From assembly GCA_964187785.1 (NCBI GenBank), contig OZ076409.1:87050001-87114000 (forward strand): 64,000 bases of DNA, read 5' to 3'. The first letter of the stretch is position 1. Every line of letters begins with the position of its first letter. A model generated the notes under the pieces. That model was given only the letters and a program-made list of their open reading frames with translations. It searched no databases and was not told the DNA's origin. Position numbers and translations under genes: made by a program. Positions 27,194 through 39,494 of this stretch are shown here, in pieces. This stretch comes from Amphiscolops sp. MND2022. Taxonomy: Eukaryota.

Positions 27194-29274
27194 TTATATA
27201 TTCAAGGTTAATGTATATCTCTCGTGGTGGATTCCCAAATAACATTACAAATAACATAAAAACTAAGTTAGTTTCAAATAACATAAAATGAAATGAGTAT
27301 CACTAAACATAATATTAACCCTATTTAGCATTGCGCTACGTATTTGCACCACTCAAGATCTGCTAACTTCTAAAGGCACCAGCCCACCGTATGGTAAAGA
27401 AAACTCTTGAATAATATTTTCAGACAAAACAACATAGAATTGCACGCATTTTCACGGATTGTTGACTTGATGTCTCCAAAATCAGAAAAACAGGACCAGA
27501 AAAATCAAAAAAGAATAGCGCAAATTTTCCGATTTTCCTGTTTTCTTGTGTGGCCACTTCATAATACTGGGGACAAGATTAGGTCAAAGGAGCCCTAGCA
27601 TGTTTTCAATTTTTAGGCTTCATAATTTAATCGTGACTCTCAGTTTTTTACTTGAGAACTCTACCCTTTCAGAAGCAATTTTCTGTGAGAATAGCTGAGT
27701 TAGGTCAAAATTTGAGTTGTTTTCCGCTCGTAAGCTATTTCACTTTTTTCTTAATTTGCAGGGACTTTTTTCAAGGTGCAGTGAAAATCATCGAATTTTT
27801 CCAAGATGCAGGGAAGTCTTACAAGAATTTTCCCTGCTCGCAGTCTGAATTTTCTAGGTTTTATCAAAATTTTCCATGCATGCAGGCCTGCAGCATGTAA
27901 AAAGTTCCAGCAGTCTCAACTAGGGTTCCTCAATCGAAAAAAAAACAGCGGGACTAAAACTTCATTTCTTTTCTACGTCAACACGTTATCAATCTCCGCG
28001 GAAACAAGCTGTGTTTACATCGCTAGTACATCGTCGTTCGTTTCAAAAGCCTGAATAGACTTCCGTCAAAATTACGTAGGAATGAAAAGCGGAACTAAGT
28101 TATAGTACATTTCCTTCGTATCTGAGAACAGACTAATTAATTGTAAAGGGTTTTAGACCTTCTTGGCTTTTAGACGCATGTGGTCTTGGAAATTTCCGAA
28201 AGCATTGTTTTTGTTAATTTTTGGACTTTTATGAACTTTTATGAACGATTAAGTACCCAGTCTTCACTATATGTTTCTGAAATTTGCAGCAAATACAACT
28301 GCTTCACTGTTGTCAATCACAACTGTTTTTTTGCCACTTTGTTCAGTTGGGCGTCATCTCATTACAATAGATATATTCTGACGGAATCATACACATGCAC
28401 ATGATTCACTCAGAATGTATCTTCATTCACCCTTGTACAATTACCAGAGTTGGGACCGGGTCATGATTTTCTACCCCAAGCCCTGTCCGAGCCCGTTTCA
28501 CAAATCATAACTCGACCCGATATTTTGAACATTTTTAATACCCGACGAAACTGGCCGAAAATGAATTTGACACCCGAAAGTAAATTGTAAGTGATAATCA
28601 GGTATAAGCATCATAAGAATTGGAAAAAAAACATTTTTCACAACAGAATTTAAAAAATTCAACATCAGACAGTTTTTGGCAGACATCTGGGCTCTACCTT
28701 GCGTGCGTCTAAATCTACAGCGAACAAATAAAAGGAATCACAGTTTAATGTTTAAATTGCTAGACCAGTTGCTATACCCGGCCCCGTGCTTTAATCATGT
28801 ACTTGGTTCCATTTCTGATAATTACCACCTCGAAAACATAATATGGAATAAAATGTTGGAGTGTTTACCGTTTTACATAATTCGTCCCCATAATCACCCC
28901 CTTTTTACTCTTCAATTAGTATTTTTTTATCAATTATGTTGTATACACTGCCTCTTAAAATAGAAATGCATTTTTTATACTATTTTAAGTATAAAAAGGA
29001 GTAGGAAATACAGTGTTTTTTTAAACTCAGGACTGAAAGTGTTGTACGGATGTTCGTAGGAGTGTATAAACTGGTGAAAAAACTCTATGGAAATTTCATT
29101 TTCTAACTATCGCTTTCACTATGACTAGACGAAAAGTAATATTTTTTTCACCAAAAAATTGTTTTAACTACCCGTCAACGAGGAGTCTAAATTTAGATCT
29201 AGGCTAAAAAAAACTCCAGGATGACACCTAAAAATGAAGGTCGAATAATAGTATAAATGTGGGCTCGTTTCGCG

Positions 29275-29501
29275 ACCAGATGTACAATAAAGGCCTATTT
29301 CGCAGGCAGATTGTATAACGTCAATAAAATGTTTCAGCAGATAGTAGTAATTGTTTCTGTTTCTAAATAACGCCTAATTAGCATACGTGTACTGCCACGA
29401 CTTCCAATTGCATATTTTCAGATACAAAGCAAGTCTTTTCTTTTTTCCTTTATAGTAATTTATGTAATTAATTAGAGTGGAACGTAGTCTTGTCAATAAA
29501 C
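29275..29501. repeat. Left arm of a large palindrome (inverted copy of 35099-35325)
   Basis: 227-bp reverse-complement match; 3 mismatches found by eye. Confidence 0.95.
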
Positions 29502-29888
29502 GACGACGTAACTTGTGATCAAAGTCGACAGACAGACCAAAGTTTGACCTTGCCTTATCTTGTCCGTACCACAACTTGTGAACAAAATTCCATTCTTTCC
29601 AGGAATTTCAACGCTATGAGACTGGAAATTTATCTTGGAGCCATGAATACGAACCATATCAGCTACTTTCGACTTCAAGGATGCAACATTTAGGAAAAAA
29701 CGAACTGTTGGATTTTCAACTTCATAGACATTCTTAACGTTGAGTTTATACAGTTATCAAAGCTAAAACTACTTGCATGCGGATTTTTTATTGACGGCGT
29801 TGTTGTAAAAAATATATTTGAATATTCCGATCCCGCAATAAATTTCTCTGATTATTTCATGAGATGAATAATCTATGCATAATACAGC

Positions 29889-30305
29889 TTGACGCAGATA
29901 ACCAACCAAACGGTCAATAGTGTTACGTCTCATTCATCAAATAACTATCGCCCCCTTAAAATTGAAGATCTTATTGAGCGCCTGAAAAAAGTGAAGAGTT
30001 TAGCTGCAGTTGTTTATTGTCGTCGGATTTTTGCACCGGATTTTTACGACGCTTTGAAAAAAGTTGGTGTCCCGGTCATCAGTGTCACACGCAACTTAAT
30101 CTCGAAACAAAAACAAGGCATACCGGACATACTACACAAGTACAGGCAGTTGCATCAACAACCAACATTAGAACAAAAGTCTTTGGGGATTGTGATAAAG
30201 TACAAGGACAATCTAAAGGGGTTGGAGAAAAACAGACGCTCCAAAAAGAGAAAAATATCACAAAGCCGACGCAAAGCTCGTCAACGGAAGCTGCTATCCA
30301 ATTAA
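29889..30305 (+). CDS. LINE upstream ORF0, C-terminal part of an SGNH-esterase-like protein with a basic tail (start uncertain)
   Basis: Homologous to the 53092-53690 ORF: NSxxxHxSNNYxP, VxCRR, RQxH, K/R-rich tail. Confidence 0.5.
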   Translation: MTQITNQTVNSVTSHSSNNYRPLKIEDLIERLKKVKSLAAVVYCRRIFAPDFYDALKKVGVPVISVTRNLISKQKQGIPDILHKYRQLHQQPTLEQKSLGIVIKYKDNLKGLEKNRRSKKRKISQSRRKARQRKLLSN

Positions 30306-30388
30306 CAGTTGAAAAGGTAAGAAAAAGCGTTTCAGTTTGTTGACTTCGAGATTAGTTTCTCGAAGGCCTTTCTGTTTCGCCTTTTCTG

Positions 30389-31621
30389 ATGTCAAGACCA
30401 ACTGTTAAAAGTAAGATACCGATTGGGAACACAGTGATACTTAACAAAGATCGGATTAAACTGCTGCAAAGTCCAGTTGAATCAGAGAAAATGGAAAACT
30501 CAACTGGAAAAGGGTTTGTCACACTGAGTCAGCCACTCAAAAAAAGGACTTTGTCAGAATCCAAAGAAAGCGAATTATCTTGGCATATCGAGATGGAAGA
30601 CATTGCTACATCGCTTGCTCCCTTGGTGGTAGAAAACATTCGCGAAAGCGTCACTAACAAGATAAACGAATCCCTTGAAACTTTAAACAACAATTTAAAC
30701 GCCCAGTTGGGAAATATTGTCCAAAAACTTGACTCCATTCAAAGAAAAAATACTGACATTGATGTTAAATTGAATAACCTATCAGATAAAGTTGAGGATG
30801 TAAAGACCGAGCAACAGACTCTTGCGGCGAAAATTGATAACATGGAGCAAAAACACAATCAGCAAACCGATGAAATAAAGGACTTGAAAATGCGTATACA
30901 GGAGCTGGAAATCAACAAAAGCAGTTTCAATGATGAAATTGGACAGATACGAGAGAACTTAACTCAACCCGTATTGGTTAACCAAATGGTAAATGAGATG
31001 AGAGAGCAAATGAATCAACTACTAGAAGAGTCACAAGCGAAAGTACAGCAACGCCTTAATGAAATGGTCGAAAGAAAGGAGATGGAGATGGAAACTGGAA
31101 CGGACGCGAGCGAAACCATTTGTTTACAGAATGAAAGCAGGTTAGAAGGACTGGAACAGTATGCAAGGAGAGACTGCCTCAAGTTCTTCGGTCTAGTTGA
31201 AGAAAGAGAGGAAAACACCACCTTGAAGGTCGTTGAAACAGCGGCAGCCATGGGTCTAGACATCAGTGTGGATGAAGTGTCAATCAGCCATCGCCTGCAA
31301 ACCAGAAATCGGCAATATGGAGAGCCACGCCCCATCATTGCCAAGTTTGTCCGGAGGACGACTAAACAAATGGTGTACTCAGCGAAGCACAAACTCAAAT
31401 TCTCTGATAACCACTTCAGTGTATATATCAGAGAACATTTGACGCAAGAAAGAGCCCGCGCTGTTTACCACTTGAAGAAGAAAGGCTACAGCGTCTATAC
31501 GGACGAATCCCGACTAAACTACTCTAAAGACAATGAAAAAGGAGTCATAAATGCTCTCATTGAACTACACACTAAACTGAATTGGGATAAACAACAAATG
31601 TTGAAAGTGTTTAACAAGTAG
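30389..31621 (+). CDS. LINE ORF1p (coiled coil plus L1-type RRM/CTD), intact 410 aa
   Basis: Long heptad region; LEQYARRDCLKFFG, ISHRL, PRPIIAKF, VYIREHLT motifs. Confidence 0.9.
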   Translation: MSRPTVKSKIPIGNTVILNKDRIKLLQSPVESEKMENSTGKGFVTLSQPLKKRTLSESKESELSWHIEMEDIATSLAPLVVENIRESVTNKINESLETLNNNLNAQLGNIVQKLDSIQRKNTDIDVKLNNLSDKVEDVKTEQQTLAAKIDNMEQKHNQQTDEIKDLKMRIQELEINKSSFNDEIGQIRENLTQPVLVNQMVNEMREQMNQLLEESQAKVQQRLNEMVERKEMEMETGTDASETICLQNESRLEGLEQYARRDCLKFFGLVEEREENTTLKVVETAAAMGLDISVDEVSISHRLQTRNRQYGEPRPIIAKFVRRTTKQMVYSAKHKLKFSDNHFSVYIREHLTQERARAVYHLKKKGYSVYTDESRLNYSKDNEKGVINALIELHTKLNWDKQQMLKVFNK

Positions 31622-31650
31622 CAACCAAAAAAAGTAAAAAAACTGCATCT

Positions 31651-34600
31651 ATGGAAAAGAAACTAAAATGCTTTTTCATTAACGTACGAGGTTTGAATGC
31701 GAAAATAAGGTTAAACTTGATACAAGACGAAGCTAACAGGTACGATGTTATTGGCTTTGCAGAAACGCTAAGCAACTGTTTTCCTTCCAAAGAGTTCGAG
31801 AGTTTTGACATCTTTTTTGGCGATGATCATAAAATATTAAAAGGGTATCATGGATTGGCACTTTTAGTCAGGAAAGATATACCGCATTATTTTTTTGAAA
31901 CAGATCTTGGTCTGTGGGTTCGGATCCCTACCTCCGAAGCTCCGTTATTGGTAGGATTGTATTATATGCCCTGTGAAAATTCTAGAAACTGGAATAAGGA
32001 TACCTTCGCATCACTTTTGGAAGATATAGGACGAATAAAAACAGAAGACAGTGAAATGGTTGTAATGGGGGATTTTAATGCAAGAACTGGCACCATGCAA
32101 GATTATATAGACATAGATGGCGAAGATCGTCAGCCATCTGAACGAACAAACAAAGACTCTAAAGTAAATACAAATGGACGGTCATTGATTGACGTATGTA
32201 AAACAACTGATATGATGATACTGAACGGGCGAAGTGGTAAGGATAGAGGTGTTGGTAACTTTACTTGTAACAATTACAACGGAAAGAGTGTGGTAGATTA
32301 TATAATAGCTGACAATTCGTTGATTGATAAATTGTTAAATTTTGAAATAAAACAGTTTGATCCAAGTCTATCAGACGTCCACTGCGGTCTAAAAGTTGAA
32401 ATTTTGAGAGCTATAGAGGTGGAAGTTAATAAAAACAATGAATGTATTGGTGGAACGAGAAAATTCTGGAATGATGTGTTGAAGGCCAGTTTTTTAAGGT
32501 CACTGGAAAATCAAGACCTTAGTAACATTTGTAATTTGCTAAGAAATAAAAATGCAACGTTGTCTGAAATCAATGAAATTGATCGAGAATTGAGACGTAT
32601 ACTTGTTGAATCCGCAGAATTATCGAATGTTTTACGTACCCCACGTCGATTGCCTAGAAAAAACCAATGGTTCGACATGGAATGTCATGTAAAAAGGACT
32701 CAATACAGAAGTATGTGTAGGAACTCGCGAAGCATAACTCAAAAAAAGCAGCGCTCAGAAGTTACAAAAACTTTATACTCCTGAAAAAGAAAACGTTCTT
32801 GAAAAATTTCAATAAAAAACTATTGAGACTACGATCGAAAAACTCTAAAGAATACTGGTCGGTAATAGGGAGTTTGAAATGTAAAAGTTCCCTCCCCAAA
32901 TTAGATGTGAAAAGTCTCTCTGAACACTTTCAACATTTGCATTTGCTACCATCGAGCTTTTGTATTGATGATGTAGAGTCCACCGAAGGGGACATCAATG
33001 TTGAATTGAATAAAAATTTTAGTTGTGAAGAGGTGCGGGAATCTCTGCAAATTCTTAAATGCGGGAAATCAGCTGGTCAAGATAATATTTACCCGGAATT
33101 TCTGAAATATGTTCCTGGGAACCTTGTCGAAGTACTTAATAGTTTTTTCAACCTAGTTTTAAAGACAGGAATTGTCCCTGATGATTGGGCTCTGTCAACT
33201 ATTTGTCCAATTCATAAGAAGGGACCAATGACCGACCCTAATAATTATCGGGGAATTTCGTTGATTAATTGCATCGGAAAAGTTTTCTCATCAATTATAA
33301 GTACCAGAATCAAACACTACTTAGATTTAACAAACAGAATTGGTTCGGAACAGGCTGGCTTCAGAAAAGGACACGGATGCGAGGACCATACTTTCGCTCT
33401 GACTAAAATTCTATCTTCGTATTTGGCAAATGGAAAACGAGTGTACGCCACCTTTCTCGATTATGAAAAAGCATTCGATTTAGTTGATCGAGCTATTCTT
33501 TGGAAGAAGTTACAGGATCATAATATCAATGGAAATGTTTTCAATGTCATACGTAGTCTTTACTCAAAAACAAAAGCATGTGTCAAAGTGGGCAACTGTT
33601 ATTCTAGTTTTTTCAAATGTGAGGTTGGTGTTAGGCAGGGTGATAATTTATCACCACTATTGTTCACAATTTTTGTAAATGACTTTAAATCATACTTGCA
33701 AAATCATTGTAACGGATTGACCTTTCTATCGAACTCAATGAAGAGCCACCTGGATGTTGACGAGGAGAAAATCTTTGCACTTCTGTATGCTGATGATACC
33801 ATTATTTTGACAGAAAGCGAAAATGACATGCAAAAAGCTTTAAATGCTGCATGTCAATATTGCAGTAATTTTAATATTCGAATAAATTGCTCCAAGACAA
33901 AATATATGATCTTCTCCAGGGGAAAGGTTCGTAAATCGACAGTGATGTTTATAAACAACAGCCCAATTGAACGAGTTGACAGTTTTTGCTATTTAGGAGT
34001 GATTTTCAAGTACAATAACACCTTTCAACTAACGATAAAAAACAACGTTGACAAAGCAAAGAAGGCGTAGTTCAAATTGAGAGCCGAAACAAGTGGACAT
34101 GAACTCGCAATACAGACAAAACTACACTTGTTTGACTCAATTGTTTTACCGATCCTAACCTATGGTTGCGAAGTGTGGGGACATGAACCTTATGAACAGA
34201 TTGAAAGTTTCCATCGGAATTTTTTGCGAACGCTTTTAAACGTTAGGAATAGTACTCCAAATGCTATGATTTATGGAGAATTAGGTAGAAATGAAATAAA
34301 GTATAAAATTTGGCTTCGAATTTTAGGTTTCTGGAAAAGGTTGAGCGACGACAAAAACAAACTCTCGTGCCTTATGTACAAGCACTTACGAAAAATTTTC
34401 CCCTCAGACAAATGGTTGTCTTGTGTTCAAACAATACTGATAGAATGCGGAATTCCCGGTGCTTATCACTTTATCGAAAATGTTAATGAAGCTCATTTTA
34501 AAGATTACACCAAGAACAAGCTACAGGATGTGTCAATACAACAGTGGAACACATCAGTGAAAAACCACTCACTCTGCAGATTGTACGCTTCATATAAGTA

Positions 34601-34982
34601 CAAATATCGAATCGAGCCATATGTTTTTACCTTGAGGACAAAAGACAGAATTGAATTGAGTAGATTTCGATGTGCTGCACTGATTATAACAGACGTCAGG
34701 GAAAAATTTACAGGGGTAAAAGAGGCGCATTGCCCACTTTGTAATAATCAGGTGAATGCTGATGAGTACCATTTTTTACTTGTCTGTACTGAGTTGAAAG
34801 ACTTACGTGCAAAATACCTAAGCAAGTGCTACCAACATAACCCCAGTCTGCTGAAACTTGACCAACTGATGAACTTGACAAGCACCGTAAGATTAACGCA
34901 CCTCAGTATGTATTGTAAATTGGTCACCGACCGTGTCCGCTGTAAAATTGATAATTTGAGTTTTGTACACCCCTCGGGGTAA
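31651..34982 (+). pseudogene. LINE ORF2p (APE endonuclease, RT, C-terminal CCHC); one frameshift (~32750) and one stop (34068)
   Basis: FINVRG, GFAET, MGDFNART, SVVDY, SDVH; NYRGISL, EQAGFR, FLDYEKAFD, GVRQGDNLSPLLF, LYADD; CPLC...DEYHFLLVC. Confidence 0.95.
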
Positions 34983-35006
34983 CAAAAGTGAATTAATTAT
35001 TCATTC

Positions 35007-35104
35007 ATAAACACATCATGTTCGTAACCTGTAATTTGGGCTATAGATATCACCTAGGTGATATCTATAGCCCAAATTACAGGTTACGAACATGATGTGT
35101 TTAT
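35007..35104. repeat. Perfect 98-bp palindrome without spacer (centre of the large palindrome)
   Basis: Centre CACCT|AGGTG at 35055/35056. Confidence 0.97.
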
Positions 35105-35323
35105 TGACAAGACTACGTTCCACTCTAATTAATTACATAAATTACTATAAAGGAAAAAAGAAAAGACTTGTTTTGTATCTGAAAATATGCAATTGGAAGT
35201 CGTGGCAGTACACGTATGCTAATTAGGCGTTATTTAGAAACAGAAACAACTACTACTATCTGCTGAAACATTTTATTGACGTTATACCATCTGCCTGCGA
35301 AATAGGCCTTTATTGTACATCTG

Positions 35324-35381
35324 GTTTGTAACTGTCTGATTTCAAATATCAGCTGATATTTGAAATCAGACAGTTACAAAC
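35324..35381. repeat. Perfect 58-bp palindrome without spacer
   Basis: GTTTGTAACTGTCTGATTTCAAATATCAG|CTGATATTTGAAATCAGACAGTTACAAAC. Confidence 0.97.
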
Positions 35382-36327
35382 TGTGCATCAGTTGTATCCT
35401 CAATACTTTGCATCACTCTCATTCTTTCAATTTGAATTGCTCGTTGATTTGCACATTCTTTGGCATCACCCTCCATGAAACATTTTGAGATACGGTCAGT
35501 CCGACGTCATCAACATTAAGCCCTTCTCTTCTTAAGCCCTGCCACCTCCACGAAATCTTCTCACTACAGTTTAATCTTCATTGCATTTCTTCTTTCAAAC
35601 TTCAAAAATACTAAATGGGGCTGTCATATACTGCAAAGCTTGTGAAACTAAAATATCACACGACCAAAAATCCCATGTCTAACGTCACTTGAATGCACAG
35701 TCGCTAAAGAAAAATGAGACTATTGCAAAAAATAAAATCAGTGGACCCTTCCATTTCAACTGACAATCGTTTCCTTCGCTAGGTGGCTGTTTTTGTGAAT
35801 GCTGACATACTATCAAGAAACTGGACAATACATAACTCTGCGTGAAATAATTTCAAGTCAAACACTTTAAACATTGTTATTTATTCGACTGATTCAATCC
35901 AACTAACTATATCAACTATTTTGTGATTCCGAACAACTTTGTACAGTAATTATACTATACGGTGCCTAAAAATCCGCTTTATGATTATAATCGTATACGC
36001 GAAATTCACAAAACTCAAAACGCTGCATTGTGATACTTCGAAATTTTTTTATGCTCAGTGCTCCGGAATTATCCAAGATTTGTAAGAGAAAATTACCTCT
36101 TCATGCATGAAACCAGAATGAAAGATTTCTCAGCGGATTCAACTAGGGCGCTCATTAGTTTTTACACCGATTAAATATTTTCTAAATTTAGCCTTCTAAA
36201 CATCTTTATAGACAATCCTCTAAGCATTTTCTACCATTTCAATTTTTTGATTTGTGAAAAATTCAGGTGTAAATGTGATTTTGGTGTTTGTAATGTTCAA
36301 TAAGAAACAAGGCATACTTGGCCCGGG

Positions 36328-36763
36328 CAGGGATTGGAAAATATTAAATGCGTGAACAATCAATGTCAATATAATATATGCAATGAAAGGTGTGCGGAAA
36401 GCAATAACAATTATTGAATGCTGGAATACCATTAACTTAACCAATGTAATTCAACCAAAATTTCTCAAGATGTCTCAAGAAAATAGTTACAATCAGGATC
36501 TCTCTTGGATACCAAATTCAAATCATATAGAACGAGTTTTTTCAACGGCCACGAATTTCATGGGTCCGACCAGATAGGTCATTACTCTAGATCACCTTGA
36601 AACTCAACTCTTTTTGCATTTCAAAAAAAATTATTCGAATGTATATGCCAAGCAGTCGTTATTGTAAAATTCAATAAATGCAATGAATGATTGTCTCATC
36701 TTTTTCAATAGCAATAACTGATTCAGTAGCTACAATGATAATGCATTATTTTTCAGAAGCATG
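36328..36763 (+). mobile_element. hAT relic with a C-terminal dimerisation-domain fragment
   Basis: WIPNSNHIERVFSTA...LETQLFLHF motif; CAGGG start; repeated CAAT sub-terminal motifs; no TSD seen. Confidence 0.5.
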
Positions 36764-36862
36764 ACATGCGAAGTCAAAAGCAAGACATGCGAAGCGAGAG
36801 ATCAGTTGGCTCGTTTTAACTTTTCTAATTTACAAACATTGTGATCTATTCAATGCTGCAAT

Positions 36863-37482
36863 ATGGCTAAATCTACAGATGAAATAACTCCTATGCTAAA
36901 AGAATCAGAAAATGATGAATCAATAAAAAGCATTCTTATTCCCATAGAGAATAAACGAGATTAGAGAATAAACGAGAAAAACGCACACGAGATTGAGCAG
37001 TACTCGAGTCAGGATTGTATTATCTTTCGAAACTTACCTTTTCTATCTGGACGATCAAATATGCAGGATGCGGTTACATTTATCAACAAGCAACTTGGAG
37101 TACATACGAGACCTAAAGACCTGGTAGCATGCCATGCGCTGTCTCCTGTGAGGAACCCAGACCAGCCACCTGCAATAATATTTAAGTTCATTCACTTAAG
37201 TTTGAAAGGTCGTGTACGGGGACGAAAATTGTCGTTACTCTCAATAGAAATTCCTTGAAAAGTTACGCTTTTTATTCAACGGAGCGACTAACAAAAAGAG
37301 ATCAAGAACTTATGAATGAGGCAAGTAACATGGGTATACATGTAACAACAAACAATATCAAGCCAAAAATTTGGAAAGATTGTGGTGATGGGCAATTTGT
37401 GAAACATACACTTGTTGACAAGGACCATCTATTGGAACTAGCAAGAACCCAAATACTGCGAAATTTCGAAAAAAGCAGCTAA
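36863..37482 (+). pseudogene. LINE ORF1-like remnant without ORF2
   Basis: IEQYSSQDCIIFRNLP, ACHAL, PAIIFKF, ERLTKRD motifs; disrupted. Confidence 0.65.
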
Positions 37483-37629
37483 TGAAACAACTCTGGCAAT
37501 GAACTATCGGAAAAATTGTGTAACACTAACTAACAAAAGTGGCAAGAGACCTTTCCAAGAAGATTCCCCAGTCATTGACACGAGTAGTATATGTGCGAGC
37601 TGATCAGGTGGGGGGTGGAAGACCCACAT

Positions 37630-38225
37630 GTTTTAAGATAGGCTATAGCGAGCCGACTCGAGCCCAGAGCCGAGAAGGGTCTTCCACCCCTCACGACTCG
37701 GTAGGGTTTGATTTTTTTCGTATCGTGCTCGATTCTGATTGGCTGACGACTCAAGTCGTGCTGCCGACTCGAGTCGTGCTCGATTCTGATTGGCTGACAA
37801 CTCGAGTCGTGTAGTCGTGCTCAATTCTGATTGGCTGACGACTTGATTCGATGTATAAAGGTATGGAGCCGAGTGATTGTCAATGTATAAAGATGTGCTT
37901 AAAGATAGGGAATAGCTTCGGCAATGTTTTAAGATAGGATATAGGGTTTTTCGGCACTGTGCGACATTTTCGGCACTGTGAGACTTTGGGTAAAAATTAA
38001 TTTTTTTTGCTGGGCCCGGCCGCCGGCGGGAATAATTTTACCCGCCCCCGCAATATTTCATCCGCCTGCGGAATATTTTATCCGCCACCGCAAAAATTTA
38101 TCCGCCACGAGAATAATTTATCCGACTGGCTTTTCATGCTCGATTCTGATTGGCAGACGACTCGTCTCAATGTATGAAGGTATGGAAACGAGTGTCTGCT
38201 GATATCAAGATATGCTATAGCTCCG
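37630..38225. repeat. Interspersed repeat with a CGTGCTCGATTCTGATTGGCTGACGACTC minisatellite
   Basis: 3-4 copies of the unit and recurring TTAAGATAGG motifs. Confidence 0.55.
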
Positions 38226-39494
38226 TCAAAGTATAAAGATAGCGAAAAGTGTCAAGAAATAAAAACAGCTAATAAGGTCAGCAATGTAATAAGATTGGGA
38301 ATAGGGTTTTCCGACATAGTGGGACATTTTTTGACACTGTGAGACTGGGTAAAATGCAAATTTGTGAGCGCCAGGGGAATGTTTCCACCCACATTTGCAA
38401 ATGTTGATCATAGTATGGGAGGTTTTTTTCCGCCAGTGGGAAATTTTATCAACAGAATATGTTGAGCTAGATACTTAACTGCTCTGTGGTGATAAAAAAA
38501 TCTCTAAATGGAAAAAAATGCAATTATACTGTATAAATGAATAAATTCCACTGCTATAAAATGCAAAGAAATGATGAATGTTGATCAGACGAGAGTGACG
38601 TTCAATTTTTTGAACAATACGTTTTGGGTAACTGTAGTAAAACGACTCTTGTCTGTTCGTACACACCCATATTGCCAGCAATAGAATAAAGCACTGACGT
38701 CACGTCACTTTCGCTTGCAAAATTCCTCCATATTTGGAAATTGGGCAACCACCGCTGGTTTCAATTAACCTCTTGTTCAATTAGTTGCAGCAAAAATTGA
38801 AATGAGTGAATGCGAATCATAACAACACGTCTTGCAGCACCCACACAACAATTCCGTGCAGCGAAATTCTGCCTTGCAGAGACTAGGTTCGAGCTTGTTA
38901 TGCTTCTTTTATTTCGCTCAGCAAGTACGGAGAAATAGACAGTGGGCATTTGTCATAAACTCGTCCTTACAATGAAAGTATTCACATGGTTAACCACTGT
39001 TCTTTCATTTGGGATCATGTACAATCACACAATTCTCTCTCGGTTTAGGCAATATATAGTGAATTGGTGTCCGTTTCAAGAATTTTTTTAACATACAAAC
39101 ACCACAAAAGTTGACGGAAATGTAGTAATAGTTCTCAATTCAGCGTACTGCAGGAGGGAACAAGCATGTGTTCGCAGTGTTAACTCTTGTACAGTCGCAC
39201 ACTGAAAAACTTTCAGTCACTTGCCTGCTCCCATCCATAAATTATTAATGTACGATCTGTTGACCAGCAAGATTGTTGTCTCAGCTACAACACTCTAGTC
39301 TGTAGTCGCATCGATTTTTCTTTTCTCGTCAGTCACCGACTCCAAAACGCCGTACAAAGAAGTCAATTATAAATTATTGAACAAGTCGTTCGTTAACAGT
39401 AACATACAAAACCCAAGCTCAAACAAAAGTGTTTTAGGATTCGTCAACTGAGGATTAAAGAGTGACTGACAACAACCAGAATCCTGATTCCAGT

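Larger units (their letters stand above)
29502..35006 (+). mobile_element. Near full-length non-LTR retrotransposon, RTEX-like (clade tentative)
   Basis: TSD ATAAAC (29496-29501 and 35007-35012); ORF0/ORF1/ORF2; short ATTC-type tail. Confidence 0.9.

Noticed and set aside
27315..27335. TTAA-CCCT piggyBac-like left end
   Set aside because: No matching right end or transposase found
29275..35325. A 6-kb DNA transposon with 227-bp TIRs carrying a reverse transcriptase
   Set aside because: The ATAAAC TSD shows a LINE inserted into a pre-existing palindrome; there is no outer TSD
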